Assembly: GCA_036378095.1 (NCBI GenBank)
Contig: DASUXC010000084.1
Location: 19,805-83,804 of the forward strand
Reading direction: 5' to 3'
Length of the DNA: 64,000 nucleotides
Origin: Gemmatimonadaceae bacterium
GTDB taxonomy: Bacteria; Gemmatimonadota; Gemmatimonadetes; Gemmatimonadales; Gemmatimonadaceae
Part shown: positions 36,526-45,714 of the stretch, piece by piece
How positions within the stretch are numbered: the first letter of the stretch is position 1
How the letters are laid out: each line of letters begins with the position of its first letter
Notes under the pieces: model-generated
What the model was told of the DNA's origin: nothing
Seen by the model: the letters and a program-made list of their open reading frames with translations, nothing else
The model's database searches: none
Made by a program: the position numbers and the translations under genes

Positions 36526-37388
36526 TGCGCGACCGCGCGCGCCGGCTGATCGTGCACGCCGACGATCTCGGGCTCTCCCCCGGCGTGACGCGCGGGATCC
36601 TGGAGGCGCACGCGGCGGGCGTGGTGACCTCCGCGTCGGCGGTGGGGAACGCGCCGTGGCTGGACGATGCCGCGTGTGCCGCGCGTGTGGCGCCGTCGCT
36701 CGACGTGGGGGTGCACCTGAACCTGGTGCAGGGGCGCCCGCTGGAGCGCGTGCCGACGCTCGTCGACCGCCGCACGGGGGCGTTCCTCTCCCTCGGCGCG
36801 CTCGCGCGCCGCGCGCTCGCCGGCCGCGTGGACGTGGGCGAGGTGAGCGCGGAGTGCGCGGCGCAGATCGCGCGCGTGCGCGGGGTGGGGATCGAGCCCT
36901 CGCACCTGGACGGCCACCGGCACGCGCACGTGCTGCCCGGGATCTGGCCGGGGGTGGCGGAAGCGGCGCGCGCGGCGCGCATCCGCGTCGTACGCGTGCC
37001 GGTGGAGCGCTCGCTCGGGGCGACGTGGCGGCCGGGCGCCGGCGTCAAGCGGCTGGCGCTCGCCGCCGCATGGCGCGTCGCGAGCCGGCGCGCACCTGCG
37101 CCGGATCACGCCGACCACTTCGCCGGGATCGCGCTCATGGGTGGGCGCCGGACGCTCCCGCGGCTCCTCCGGCTGCTCGACGCGCTTCCGCCGGGCACGA
37201 CGGAGCTCATGGTCCACCCCGGCCGCGCGGATCGCGCGCTGGCGGCCGTGGACCCGTACACGTGGCAGCGCGAGCGCGAGCTGGAGGCGCTCCTCTCCGC
37301 GGCGCTACGCGCCCGCCTCGCGCGAGCGGACATCGAGCTCGTCACGTTCCGCGAGCTCGGTCGGGCGACGCGGGACGATTCCCAGTAG
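36525..37388 (+). CDS. ChbG/HpnK (YdjC) family carbohydrate deacetylase
   Basis: Inner ATG of ORF 36141..37388, overlapping the GT2 stop by 1 nt. LIVHADDLGLSPGVTRGILEAH, HLDGHRHAH and ELMVHPG are YdjC hallmarks. Confidence 0.8.
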   Translation: MRDRARRLIVHADDLGLSPGVTRGILEAHAAGVVTSASAVGNAPWLDDAACAARVAPSLDVGVHLNLVQGRPLERVPTLVDRRTGAFLSLGALARRALAGRVDVGEVSAECAAQIARVRGVGIEPSHLDGHRHAHVLPGIWPGVAEAARAARIRVVRVPVERSLGATWRPGAGVKRLALAAAWRVASRRAPAPDHADHFAGIALMGGRRTLPRLLRLLDALPPGTTELMVHPGRADRALAAVDPYTWQRERELEALLSAALRARLARADIELVTFRELGRATRDDSQ

Positions 37389-38546
37389 CTCTCCCTGCAT
37401 CACCAGCCAGACCAGGACGCACGGTATCGTCTTGAGCCGGTAGGGCACGAAGATCGCGCGCTGCCACGCGTGCGGCGTGATCTCCGTGGACGAGAGCGAC
37501 ACGAGCAGGATGGCCAGAACGACGAGCGCCCCGTGCACCGCCGAGCGTGGGGTCGCGACGTACCAGATGGCGATGCCGGTCATGGCGATCACGAACGACG
37601 GCGACTCCGACTGGTGGTTGAAGATGACCAGGTACACCAGCAGCGAGCAGAGCATGCGCAGCCGGAAATCGGGGTCGCGCCAGGCGCCGGGGCGGAGCGC
37701 GAGGGGGAGGAGGAGGATCACCGTGCCGGCGAGTTGCACCGGCCAGTTGGGCCAGTGCACGCCGAGCCAGATGCGGAGCTGCTGCATCACGCCGCCGTAG
37801 AGTCCTCCTCCCCCGACGCCGCCGGTGGCGTGCGAATCGCGGGCCAGACGCAGCCACCACCAGTGGTACTGCGCGGCGAGGGCGCGCGGCGAGGTGACGA
37901 GCAGGGGGAGCGCGATGAGCGCGGCCATCACGCCCGCGAAGAGCAGCGCGAAGCGCCGACGCCGCGGATGCGGCACGGCGAGGGCGAGCGCGGCGATCGG
38001 GAAGATCTTCACCATGGTGCCGGCGGCGATCGCCGCCGCCGCGCCGAGCTGCCGCCGGCGCTCCAGCGCGACGAAGGCGAACAGGATGAGCGCGGCGACG
38101 AGCGCGTTGCTCTGCGCGCGCTGCATCGAGCGCAGCGCCTCGAGGTAGATGAGGGCGAGCGCCACGGTGGACTGCCGTTCGGGGAGCACGCGCGAGACGG
38201 CCCACCAGAGCAGCAGCGTGTTCAGCGCGCTCCACGCGAGCACGGACAGGAACAGGGGGAGCGCCGCGAGCGGGGCGAAGCAGAGCGCGAAGGTGGGGCT
38301 GTACTTGTACAGGTCGAGGTACTGGTCCGGGTAGGGCGCGTACAGATCGCGCCCCGCCGCGAGGTGGCCGAACGCCGCGCGGAAGATGGCGAAGTTGTTG
38401 TCCGGACGGATGAAGCCGTCGAGCGCGCCGGCTCGCATCACGCCCCCCTTCTGCACCGCCACGACGGCGATGCTCGCGACGTAGAGCGCGAGCAGCCACC
38501 GGCGCCAGCGAAGGCGGGGCGTCGCGATGGGATCGGAAGGCGGCAT
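37305..38546 (-). CDS. Polytopic GT-C glycosyltransferase, GT87/DUF2029 family
   Basis: 413-aa ORF with more than 9 TM segments. Block YPDQYLDLYKYSPTFALCFAPLAALP...LWWAVSRVL is typical of DUF2029 mannosyltransferase-like proteins. Confidence 0.72.
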   Translation of the reverse strand: MPPSDPIATPRLRWRRWLLALYVASIAVVAVQKGGVMRAGALDGFIRPDNNFAIFRAAFGHLAAGRDLYAPYPDQYLDLYKYSPTFALCFAPLAALPLFLSVLAWSALNTLLLWWAVSRVLPERQSTVALALIYLEALRSMQRAQSNALVAALILFAFVALERRRQLGAAAAIAAGTMVKIFPIAALALAVPHPRRRRFALLFAGVMAALIALPLLVTSPRALAAQYHWWWLRLARDSHATGGVGGGGLYGGVMQQLRIWLGVHWPNWPVQLAGTVILLLPLALRPGAWRDPDFRLRMLCSLLVYLVIFNHQSESPSFVIAMTGIAIWYVATPRSAVHGALVVLAILLVSLSSTEITPHAWQRAIFVPYRLKTIPCVLVWLVMQGELLGIVPRRPTELAERDELDVRSREAGA

Positions 38547-38632
38547 GGGCGAAGTCTGTGCACGGGGCGCCGTGGAGAGAAGTGCGCCCGGCCGGCATTG
38601 ACTCCTCAGGCCGGCGCCGACAGTGTTTCCGG

Positions 38633-39307
38633 ATGATGCGCGAACACCATATCCCGGTCGCGCGGACCGCGCGGTACGTGACCCTCGGCGACCCGGTGGG
38701 CGCGCCGCGCGAGGTCTGGTTCGTGTGCCATGGCTACGGCCAGCTCGCCGAGCGGTTCCTTCGCCACTTCACCCCGCTCGACGACGGCCATCGGCTGATC
38801 GTCGCGCCGGAGGCGCTGTCGCGGTTCTACGTGGATGTCCCCGCGCAGAGCTCGCACGTGCACGCGCCGGTGGGCGCCTCGTGGATGACGCGCGAGGACC
38901 GGCTGTCCGAGATCGACGACTACATCCGCTACCTCGACGCCTTGCACGCGCACGTGATGCGCGGGCTGCACGGGGTCTCGCCGCTGGTGGTGGCGCTCGG
39001 CTTCTCCCAGGGCGCGGCGACGGTGTGCCGCTGGCTGGCGCGCGGGCGCTCGCGCGCCGACCGCCTCGTGCTGTGGGGCGGGCTGGTGCCGCACGACATC
39101 GACCTGGACGGCGATGGCGCTGCGCTCCGGCGCGTGGAGCTGGTCCTGGTGAACGGCCGGGACGACGCGTTCGTGGACGCCGCGGCGCTCTCGGCGCAGG
39201 CGGAGCGGCTCGCGCGCCACGCGCTCAGCTTCCGCGAGATCCGCTACGACGGCGGGCACCGCATCGACGCCGCGGCGCTCGCGCGCGCGGCCGGCACCGA
39301 CGCGTAG
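38633..39307 (+). CDS. Alpha/beta hydrolase (phospholipase/carboxylesterase family)
   Basis: Inner ATG (MMREHH...) of ORF 38558..39307. VWFVCHGYGQ, nucleophile elbow GFSQGA, and a late DGGH motif. Confidence 0.7.
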   Translation: MMREHHIPVARTARYVTLGDPVGAPREVWFVCHGYGQLAERFLRHFTPLDDGHRLIVAPEALSRFYVDVPAQSSHVHAPVGASWMTREDRLSEIDDYIRYLDALHAHVMRGLHGVSPLVVALGFSQGAATVCRWLARGRSRADRLVLWGGLVPHDIDLDGDGAALRRVELVLVNGRDDAFVDAAALSAQAERLARHALSFREIRYDGGHRIDAAALARAAGTDA

Positions 39308-39320
39308 CGCGTCCGGCGCC

Positions 39321-39346
39321 GGCCGCTCGTCGCCGCGGGAGCGGCC
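39321..39346. terminator. Candidate hairpin between convergent genes
   Basis: GGCCGCTC-(10 nt)-GAGCGGCC between the stops at 39307 and 39352. Confidence 0.3.
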
Positions 39347-39351
39347 AGTCG

Positions 39352-41313
39352 TCAGCTCCCCGGCTGGAGCACGATGTACTTCACGTCGTCGGCGGAGAGC
39401 GCCTTCAGCCAGTCGATGAGCGCGGGCATGTCCGACGCGGGCGCCACTCCCTTCGTCCCGCGCAGCGTGCGTGTGACGCGCAGCTCGCGCCCGTCCTGCG
39501 CGTACTCGGCGGTGTACGCCCCGAACTCGCCGACGGCGCGCACGTTCCTGGGGAGGCGCGCCGTCCACCCCGGCGGGAGCGTGACGCGCAGCTCCTCGAC
39601 GTCCTCGTGCAGCCCCCACACCTTCTCGAAGTCGATGGGCTTGGTGCGCGGACCGCGCGCCTGGAGCGAGCTCACCACGTTCGGCGCGGCGAAGTCGCGG
39701 ATCGGGAGGGTGAAGATGCGCGTGTCGCCCGCGCTCGTGACCGCGTGCCCGTTCTTGACGAGCACCGAGATGCGGGGCTCGGCGCGCAGGTCGCGCCCGT
39801 CGAACAACTGCAGGCTGTCGCCGGATGCGCCCTCGATGATCGCGTTGGCGATGGCCAGCGTGGCGCGGGCGCGCTCGGTGGAGTCCAGCTTGGTCGAGCT
39901 GGACATCGAGCCGCGGAGCGAGTACTGCTGCGTGCCCGACGCGGTGCGCGTCCAGCGGCCGTTGAAGACGCCGGCCGTGTCGAGCGTGCCGACGATGCGA
40001 ACGGCGGCGCGGTTGGCGCTCGCCGAATCCGTGGGGAAGGTGACCTCCTCGCCGCGCCCGTCGGGGTGCACCACCAGCCCGAATTCCCCCTGCTCGGCGG
40101 GGGGGATCGAGCCATACGGCGTGAGGTCCGCCGTGAGGTCGACGAAGGTGTAGCCGCCGGCGGGGCGCTCCACGGCGGCGATCATGTGGTCGAAGGCGTG
40201 CGCGGTGGGGGTGGAGCGGTCCACGCCCCCGCCGGAGGCGAGCAGCACCGGATACGCCTTCACCCCGAGGTGGGCGAGGGCGGCGATGAAGAGCGTCGCC
40301 TTGTCCTTGCAGTCGCCGTACTTGTTGCGGAACACCTCGGCCGGCGGGTGCGGCTGGTAGCCGGCGATGCCGAGCGACAGCGACACGTAGCGGAAGTCCT
40401 GCGCGACCCACCGGTGCACGGCGCGGACCGAGTCGTCGAGGGTCGTCGCGTTCCTGACCACCTCGGCGATCCGCGCGGCGATCTCCGGCGTGATGGTGTA
40501 CCGGTCGCGGGAGAGCGACGCGTACCAGCGCGCCACGTCACCCCAGCCGATCGGCGCCGTCACGGTGAGATCCTCGCCGTACACGGTGTCGGGGGCGAGC
40601 GGCTCGACTTCCGGCTTGGGGATGTCCTGCGCCGCCCACACGTACACGTGCCGCCCGTGCGACACCGACTCCTTCCGGGCGAACGGGATGTGGTGCTCGA
40701 CGATCTTCGGCGACAGCGACGCGGGGACGTCGAGGACGAGCCGCGATCGCCGGGTGAAGACGCCGGTGATCACGCTCCACGAGTCGAAGAAGTCGTTGGG
40801 GATGAGCGGGCTCACCGTCTCCACGGTGAAGCTGTAGTCCACGATCGTGCCCGGCGCGACGCCGCCGAGGGTGACGCGGCGGATGCGCTGGTCGGAGTAC
40901 ACCGGCGCCTCGAGCGCCACCGGCGCGGCCGACTCCTGCTCGTGCGTCGGCTTGGCGGAGATCACCTTCCCGTTCCGGTCGAGCACCTTCACCCAGTTCA
41001 CGGTGAGCTTCTCGCGCCCCGGCGAGTAGCCGAAGGTGTGCTCGCCCCACCGCTCGGCGGCCTCGGGGGTGAGGAGCTGGATGACCTGGCGATAGGTGCG
41101 CGTGGCGCGGCCATCGGCTTCCAGCCGCACCACCCCATCGTCGAGGAGGAAGACGTATGGCTCGTCGCTGTGCTCCCCCTGCTTCAGGGCGAGCGCGTAG
41201 ATGCTGTCATCGCGTACGGAGGGATCGCCGGCCGGGGTGATGCGCGGCGCCTGTGCGAGAAGGGGGGAGGCCAGGAGGGGGAGCAGTGCGGCCGAAACGA
41301 GATGCCGGCGCAT
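39352..41313 (-). CDS. Secreted DUF3857 plus transglutaminase-like cysteine protease domain protein
   Basis: Inner ATG (MRRHLVSAALLPLLASPLLAQA) of ORF 39352..41340. Cys-His-Asp blocks KYGDCKDKATLF, AFDHMIAAV and FVDLT. Confidence 0.8.
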   Translation of the reverse strand: MRRHLVSAALLPLLASPLLAQAPRITPAGDPSVRDDSIYALALKQGEHSDEPYVFLLDDGVVRLEADGRATRTYRQVIQLLTPEAAERWGEHTFGYSPGREKLTVNWVKVLDRNGKVISAKPTHEQESAAPVALEAPVYSDQRIRRVTLGGVAPGTIVDYSFTVETVSPLIPNDFFDSWSVITGVFTRRSRLVLDVPASLSPKIVEHHIPFARKESVSHGRHVYVWAAQDIPKPEVEPLAPDTVYGEDLTVTAPIGWGDVARWYASLSRDRYTITPEIAARIAEVVRNATTLDDSVRAVHRWVAQDFRYVSLSLGIAGYQPHPPAEVFRNKYGDCKDKATLFIAALAHLGVKAYPVLLASGGGVDRSTPTAHAFDHMIAAVERPAGGYTFVDLTADLTPYGSIPPAEQGEFGLVVHPDGRGEEVTFPTDSASANRAAVRIVGTLDTAGVFNGRWTRTASGTQQYSLRGSMSSSTKLDSTERARATLAIANAIIEGASGDSLQLFDGRDLRAEPRISVLVKNGHAVTSAGDTRIFTLPIRDFAAPNVVSSLQARGPRTKPIDFEKVWGLHEDVEELRVTLPPGWTARLPRNVRAVGEFGAYTAEYAQDGRELRVTRTLRGTKGVAPASDMPALIDWLKALSADDVKYIVLQPGS

Positions 41314-41386
41314 GGGGAATCCTGTGAGGAGGTGGCACAAGATTCACCGGATGTTTAGCGGAGTCAACGGTTGGGGGGGAGGTTGC

Positions 41387-41547
41387 CGTCGGCCATCGGC
41401 TCTCGGCTCTCGGCCATCGGCTCTCGGCCATCGGCTCTCGGCTTGGGGCACACGCCGAGAGCTCTCTATGCTGGGCCGGTAGCCGAGAGCCGATGGCCGA
41501 GACCCGACAGCCGCGTCCTCCCGAGCGCCGATGGCCGAGAGCCGCCT
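41387..41547. repeat. Composite element E6 (CGGCTCT/CGGCCAT heptad family, core in + orientation)
   Basis: 8 heptads at 41387..41442 (cgtcggc catcggc tctcggc tctcggc catcggc tctcggc catcggc tctcggc). Core GGCACACGCCGAGAGCTCTC at 41447..41466. Complementary heptads (gccgaga gccgatg gccgaga ...) at 41482..41547. Confidence 0.88.
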
Positions 41548-41566
41548 CTTCGCTACCGCCGCTCTC

Positions 41567-42688
41567 TCATGGCTGCATCCCCGGGTACCACCTCGGCGCC
41601 GGGCCGTTGGCGAGGAGATGGATGGCACGCGCGGCGATGTCGATCACGCGCGTCATGTGCGCGAAGTCGATCCCGCTCGCCTCATCGCTCGGCTCGTGGT
41701 AGTCCCCGTGCAGGCCGAACGTGGAGAGCGTGTGCGCCGGGATCCCGCGCTTGGCGAAGGCGATGTTGTCGCTGCGCTGGAAGAACTGCTGGTCGGGGCG
41801 CGGGTCGGGCACCACCGGGAGGCCGGCGTCCCTGAACATCGCGCCCATGGTGGAGCGGTCGAATCCGGTGAGCCACGCCTTCCCCGGACCGACGGCGGTG
41901 TCGGGCCGGCCGATCATCTCGATCTCCAGGTTCGCCGTCATGCGCGACAGCGGGACCACCGGGTGCTCCAGGAACCAGCGCGTGCCGAGGAGCCGCGTCT
42001 CCTCGCCGGTGGTGGCGAGGAACACCACCGTGCGCTTGGGGGGAGACTCGTGCAGCATCGCCCGCGCGATCTCCAGCACCGCCACCGTGCCGGACGCGTC
42101 GTCGTCGGCGCCGTTGTAGATGGAGTCGCCGTTCACCGGCGCGCCGACGCCGAGGTGATCGTAGTGGGCGTCCACGAGCACGATGGAATCGCGGAGCACG
42201 GGGTCGGTGCCGCGCAGGATCCCGACGACGTTCACCGCGGGGAGTCGTCGCACCCCGGAGTCGGGGACCGTGCTGTCGATGAGCACGAGTCGTCGCTCCG
42301 GCCAGGGGCGCGCGCCCTCCGGTGCCGGGGGAGTGGCGGGAGGCGCCAGGAGCTCGCCCACGGGGACGCGCTGGAAGTAGCCGCTGTCGCCCGCCGGCTC
42401 GAGTCCGATCGCGCGCATCCGGTCGGCGATGTAGCGTGCCGCGCGCAGCGCGCCCGGCGTCCCGGTGCGGCGCCCCCGCATCGAGTCGTCGGCGAGCACC
42501 GTGAGCTCGCGGCGCACGTCCGACTCCCGCACGAGCTGCGCTGGGGCGGCTCCGGCCGCGGGGCGGGCGCTCCCCGCGTGCTGCGCGCGCGCCGCGGGCG
42601 CGGACAGCGCGGCGCTCAGCGCACCGAGGAACACGATGGGCGCGGCGCGCCTCGCTCGGGAACGTGTCTGCATGATCGGTCGGGCCAT
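41567..42688 (-). CDS. M28 family aminopeptidase (secreted)
   Basis: Inner ATG (MARPIMQTRS...; alternative 42673) of ORF 41567..42784. VDAHYDHLG, NGADDDASGTVAVLEIA, FLATTGEETRLLG, SDNIAFAKRGIPAH. Confidence 0.85.
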   Translation of the reverse strand: MARPIMQTRSRARRAAPIVFLGALSAALSAPAARAQHAGSARPAAGAAPAQLVRESDVRRELTVLADDSMRGRRTGTPGALRAARYIADRMRAIGLEPAGDSGYFQRVPVGELLAPPATPPAPEGARPWPERRLVLIDSTVPDSGVRRLPAVNVVGILRGTDPVLRDSIVLVDAHYDHLGVGAPVNGDSIYNGADDDASGTVAVLEIARAMLHESPPKRTVVFLATTGEETRLLGTRWFLEHPVVPLSRMTANLEIEMIGRPDTAVGPGKAWLTGFDRSTMGAMFRDAGLPVVPDPRPDQQFFQRSDNIAFAKRGIPAHTLSTFGLHGDYHEPSDEASGIDFAHMTRVIDIAARAIHLLANGPAPRWYPGMQP

Positions 42689-42698
42689 GTGTGAGAGG

Positions 42699-45581
42699 TC
42701 AGTTGGCCCCCCGGGCGGCGGGGGCCGAGGGGAAGCGCGAGACCTGCACGTAGTTCGCGCGATCGAGCCAGCGCCGCGCCGCATCGCGGATCGCGCGCGC
42801 GTCGAGCCGTCGCACGTCGTCGGGGTAGGAGAGGATCTCGCGCGGGTCCCACCCGTTGTAGTCGTAGCTGTAGAGCAGCGACAGCCACGTGCCGTTCCTG
42901 CGCAGCCCCGTCTCCCGCTCGCGCAGTTGCGTCTCCTTCACCTTCGCCAGGTCGCGCGCGGTGGGGCCGAAGCGCTGGAGCGAGTCCAGCTCGGCGAACA
43001 CCGCCGTCACCAGCTCGCCCACCCGTCCCGGCGCCGATCCGAACTCGATCGAGAGCGCGTAGCGCGGGCGCGGGTAGTGCTCTGGGCTGGCGCTCACGCC
43101 CACGCCGTACGTGCCGCCGAGCTGCTCGCGCAGCCGGTCGCGGAGCCGGATGTTCAGCACGTCGACCAGTGACGAGAGGAGATACACGTCGCGCCGGTCG
43201 AAGTCGAACGGCCCGGTGAACACCAGCGCCGTCTCGCTCTTCGGGTCGGATCCCCGGTACACCTCTCGCTTGACCACCCCGCGGGGATACTCGAATCCCA
43301 GGTCGCGCCAGTGGTCGCGCTCCGCCTCCGCCGGGAGGCTCGCCAGGTAGCGCTCGACCAGGGGGCGCAGCCGGAGGGTGTCGATGTTCCCCACGAAGAA
43401 GAACGTGAACGCGCCCGCGTCGGCGAAGCGCCGGCGGTAGAAGTCGAGCGAGGCGGCGAGATTCATGTCGTCGAACGTGCGCGCCGTGACCGGCCGCGCG
43501 CGCGGGTGATGCCGCGCGAGCGTGACGTCGAGCGTGTCGGCGAACGCCGCCTGGGGATCGGCGGCGCGGTTGGCGAGCAGCGCCTGCAGCCGGTTCCGGT
43601 ACGCGAGGTACGCCGCGCTGTCCGCGCGCGGCGCCGTGACGTACAGGTGGATGAGCTGGAAGAGCGTCTCCGCGTCCTCGGGCGAGGCGCTCCCGAAGAG
43701 TCCTTCGTCGTACATCCCGACCATGGGTCCCACGCTCACCGACTTGCCGGCGAGCGCCTTGCGGAGCGCGGAGGCGCTGAACGCGCCCACGCCGCCGGCG
43801 GTCACGACGCCGGTGGCCGTGCGCGCGGGCACGAGCAGCGAATCGGGGGCGAGCGACGTTCCGCCGAAGCTGTAGGCCCGGAAGAGCAGCTCATCATCCT
43901 TGAAGTCGGTCGGTTTGAGCAGCACGCGCGCGCCGTTGGAGAGCGTCCACTCGGTCACGCCGATCTCGGGGATGCGGCGCTCGGCCGTGACGCGTCCCGG
44001 CGCCGGCGCGTGCGCGAGGAGCGGGGCGGTGGAGGCGGAATCGTCGTACGCGGCCACCGTCGCATGCCCCACGCTGTCCGCCACGGCGAGAAGCCGGGGG
44101 GCGGTGGGCACGCGCGCGCTGTCCGTGGCCGGCGCGCTGGCGAGGATGACGCGGCTCGAGTCCCGGAGCCACTCGTGGGCCAGCCGGTCGATCTCGTGCA
44201 GCTCGACCCCCGGCAGCAGCAGGTGGGTGAGGTGGTGTTCGGCGGCGATTCCCGGGATCGGCTCGTCCTCGAGGAAGTTGTCGATGTACGCGCCGACGTA
44301 CGACGTGGACGGCGTCTTCTCCCGCTCGGCGTACGCGCGGTCGATGGCGCGCAGGGTGTTCGCCTTCGCGCGCTCCAGCTCCGTGCTGGTGAATCCGTGC
44401 TGCGCGACCCGCTCCGCCTCGGTGAGCAGCGCCGCCAGCCCGCGCGCGATCCCACCGTCCTTCACGAGCGCGCTCAGCGCGTACACCTCCTTGGAGCGGA
44501 TGAGGCGTCCCTGCGCCGAGAGCGCGCCGAGGAAGGGCGCGTCCGGCCGCCGGGCGATCTCGCGGAGGCGGTCGTTGAGCATCGTGTCGTACAGGTCCTC
44601 CACGAGGCGCTCGCGGAAATCCTTCACGGTGCGCTCGCGCCGGACGGGCTGCCGGTAGTACACGGCCACGCCGGAGCTGGTGTTCTCCGAATCGGTGACC
44701 ACCGACACGAGCGTCCGGTTGGTGTCGGGGACGGGATACACGACGCGGGGGCGCTCGCGCGGGGGCGCGGCGAGCGAGGAGAAGTGGCGCTCGATGAGCG
44801 CCTCGACCTTCCGCGGATCGAAGTCGCCGACGGCGATGACGGCCATGAGGTCGGGGCGGTACCAGTCGTGATAGAAGCGCAGCAGGGCATCGCGCCCCAC
44901 GTGCTCCAGGGTGGCGCGGTCGCCGATCGGGATGCGCTCCGCGTAGCGCGAGCCGGCGAACAGCACGGGGAACTGCGCGTCGCGCACGCGCTGCGCCGCG
45001 CCCCGTCCGAGCCGCCACTCCTCGATCACGACCCCGCGCTCGCGGTCCACCTCGGCGGAGTCGAACACCACGCCGTGCGCCCAGTCCTCGAGGATCTGGA
45101 TTCCGGTCGCGAGCAGCCTGGCGCTGTCGGTGGGGACGGTGAGCTGGTACACCGTCTCGTCGAAGCTCGTGGACGCGTTCAGGTCGGCGCCGAAGCGTAC
45201 GCCGGTGGACTCCAGGTAGCTCACGAGCTGCTGCCTGGCGAAGTGCGTGGTGCCGTTGAACGCCATGTGCTCCACGAAGTGGGCGATCCCGCGCTGCGTG
45301 GAGTCCTCGAGGATGGACCCGGCGTTCACCACGAGGCGAAGCTCGGCGCGTCGCGCCGGCTCGTGGTTGACGCGGATGTAGTAGCGCACCCCATTGGGGA
45401 GGGTGCCGATCGTGACCGCCGGATCCACCGGGAGCGTGCCGGTGGAATCGGCGCTCTGCGCGCCGGCCGCCGATGCGGTGAGCGCGAGGGCGGCGAGCAC
45501 GGAAAGCGCCCGGCGGGCGCCCCGGGGGCGCGGACCGGCGGCAGGGGAGTCCTGGCTCGTTGCGCCTCGATCATTAGACAT
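42699..45581 (-). CDS. M16 (pitrilysin) family zinc peptidase, double-unit
   Basis: Inner ATG (MSNDRGATS...) of ORF 42699..45650. Inverted zinc motif HFVEH in GIAHFVEHMAFNGT, with a second M16-like half downstream. Confidence 0.9.
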   Translation of the reverse strand: MSNDRGATSQDSPAAGPRPRGARRALSVLAALALTASAAGAQSADSTGTLPVDPAVTIGTLPNGVRYYIRVNHEPARRAELRLVVNAGSILEDSTQRGIAHFVEHMAFNGTTHFARQQLVSYLESTGVRFGADLNASTSFDETVYQLTVPTDSARLLATGIQILEDWAHGVVFDSAEVDRERGVVIEEWRLGRGAAQRVRDAQFPVLFAGSRYAERIPIGDRATLEHVGRDALLRFYHDWYRPDLMAVIAVGDFDPRKVEALIERHFSSLAAPPRERPRVVYPVPDTNRTLVSVVTDSENTSSGVAVYYRQPVRRERTVKDFRERLVEDLYDTMLNDRLREIARRPDAPFLGALSAQGRLIRSKEVYALSALVKDGGIARGLAALLTEAERVAQHGFTSTELERAKANTLRAIDRAYAEREKTPSTSYVGAYIDNFLEDEPIPGIAAEHHLTHLLLPGVELHEIDRLAHEWLRDSSRVILASAPATDSARVPTAPRLLAVADSVGHATVAAYDDSASTAPLLAHAPAPGRVTAERRIPEIGVTEWTLSNGARVLLKPTDFKDDELLFRAYSFGGTSLAPDSLLVPARTATGVVTAGGVGAFSASALRKALAGKSVSVGPMVGMYDEGLFGSASPEDAETLFQLIHLYVTAPRADSAAYLAYRNRLQALLANRAADPQAAFADTLDVTLARHHPRARPVTARTFDDMNLAASLDFYRRRFADAGAFTFFFVGNIDTLRLRPLVERYLASLPAEAERDHWRDLGFEYPRGVVKREVYRGSDPKSETALVFTGPFDFDRRDVYLLSSLVDVLNIRLRDRLREQLGGTYGVGVSASPEHYPRPRYALSIEFGSAPGRVGELVTAVFAELDSLQRFGPTARDLAKVKETQLRERETGLRRNGTWLSLLYSYDYNGWDPREILSYPDDVRRLDARAIRDAARRWLDRANYVQVSRFPSAPAARGAN

Positions 45582-45714
45582 CTCTAATGTCCATCCATTA
45601 AGAGAAACGTATCTTCGCCCCCCGCGAAGCGGTCCGGCGTTTGCCTCCACACCTGCGATCGCGCACGCCGCGCGCTCGCGGCCTCGCGCAGGAACTCACC
45701 CGACATCACCCATC

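Noticed and set aside
38623-41358. 911-aa + strand ORF
   Set aside because: It is off-frame to the esterase and antisense to the transglutaminase-like gene.
43311-45587. 758-aa + strand ORF
   Set aside because: It is antisense to the M16 peptidase, whose own frame contains HFVEH.
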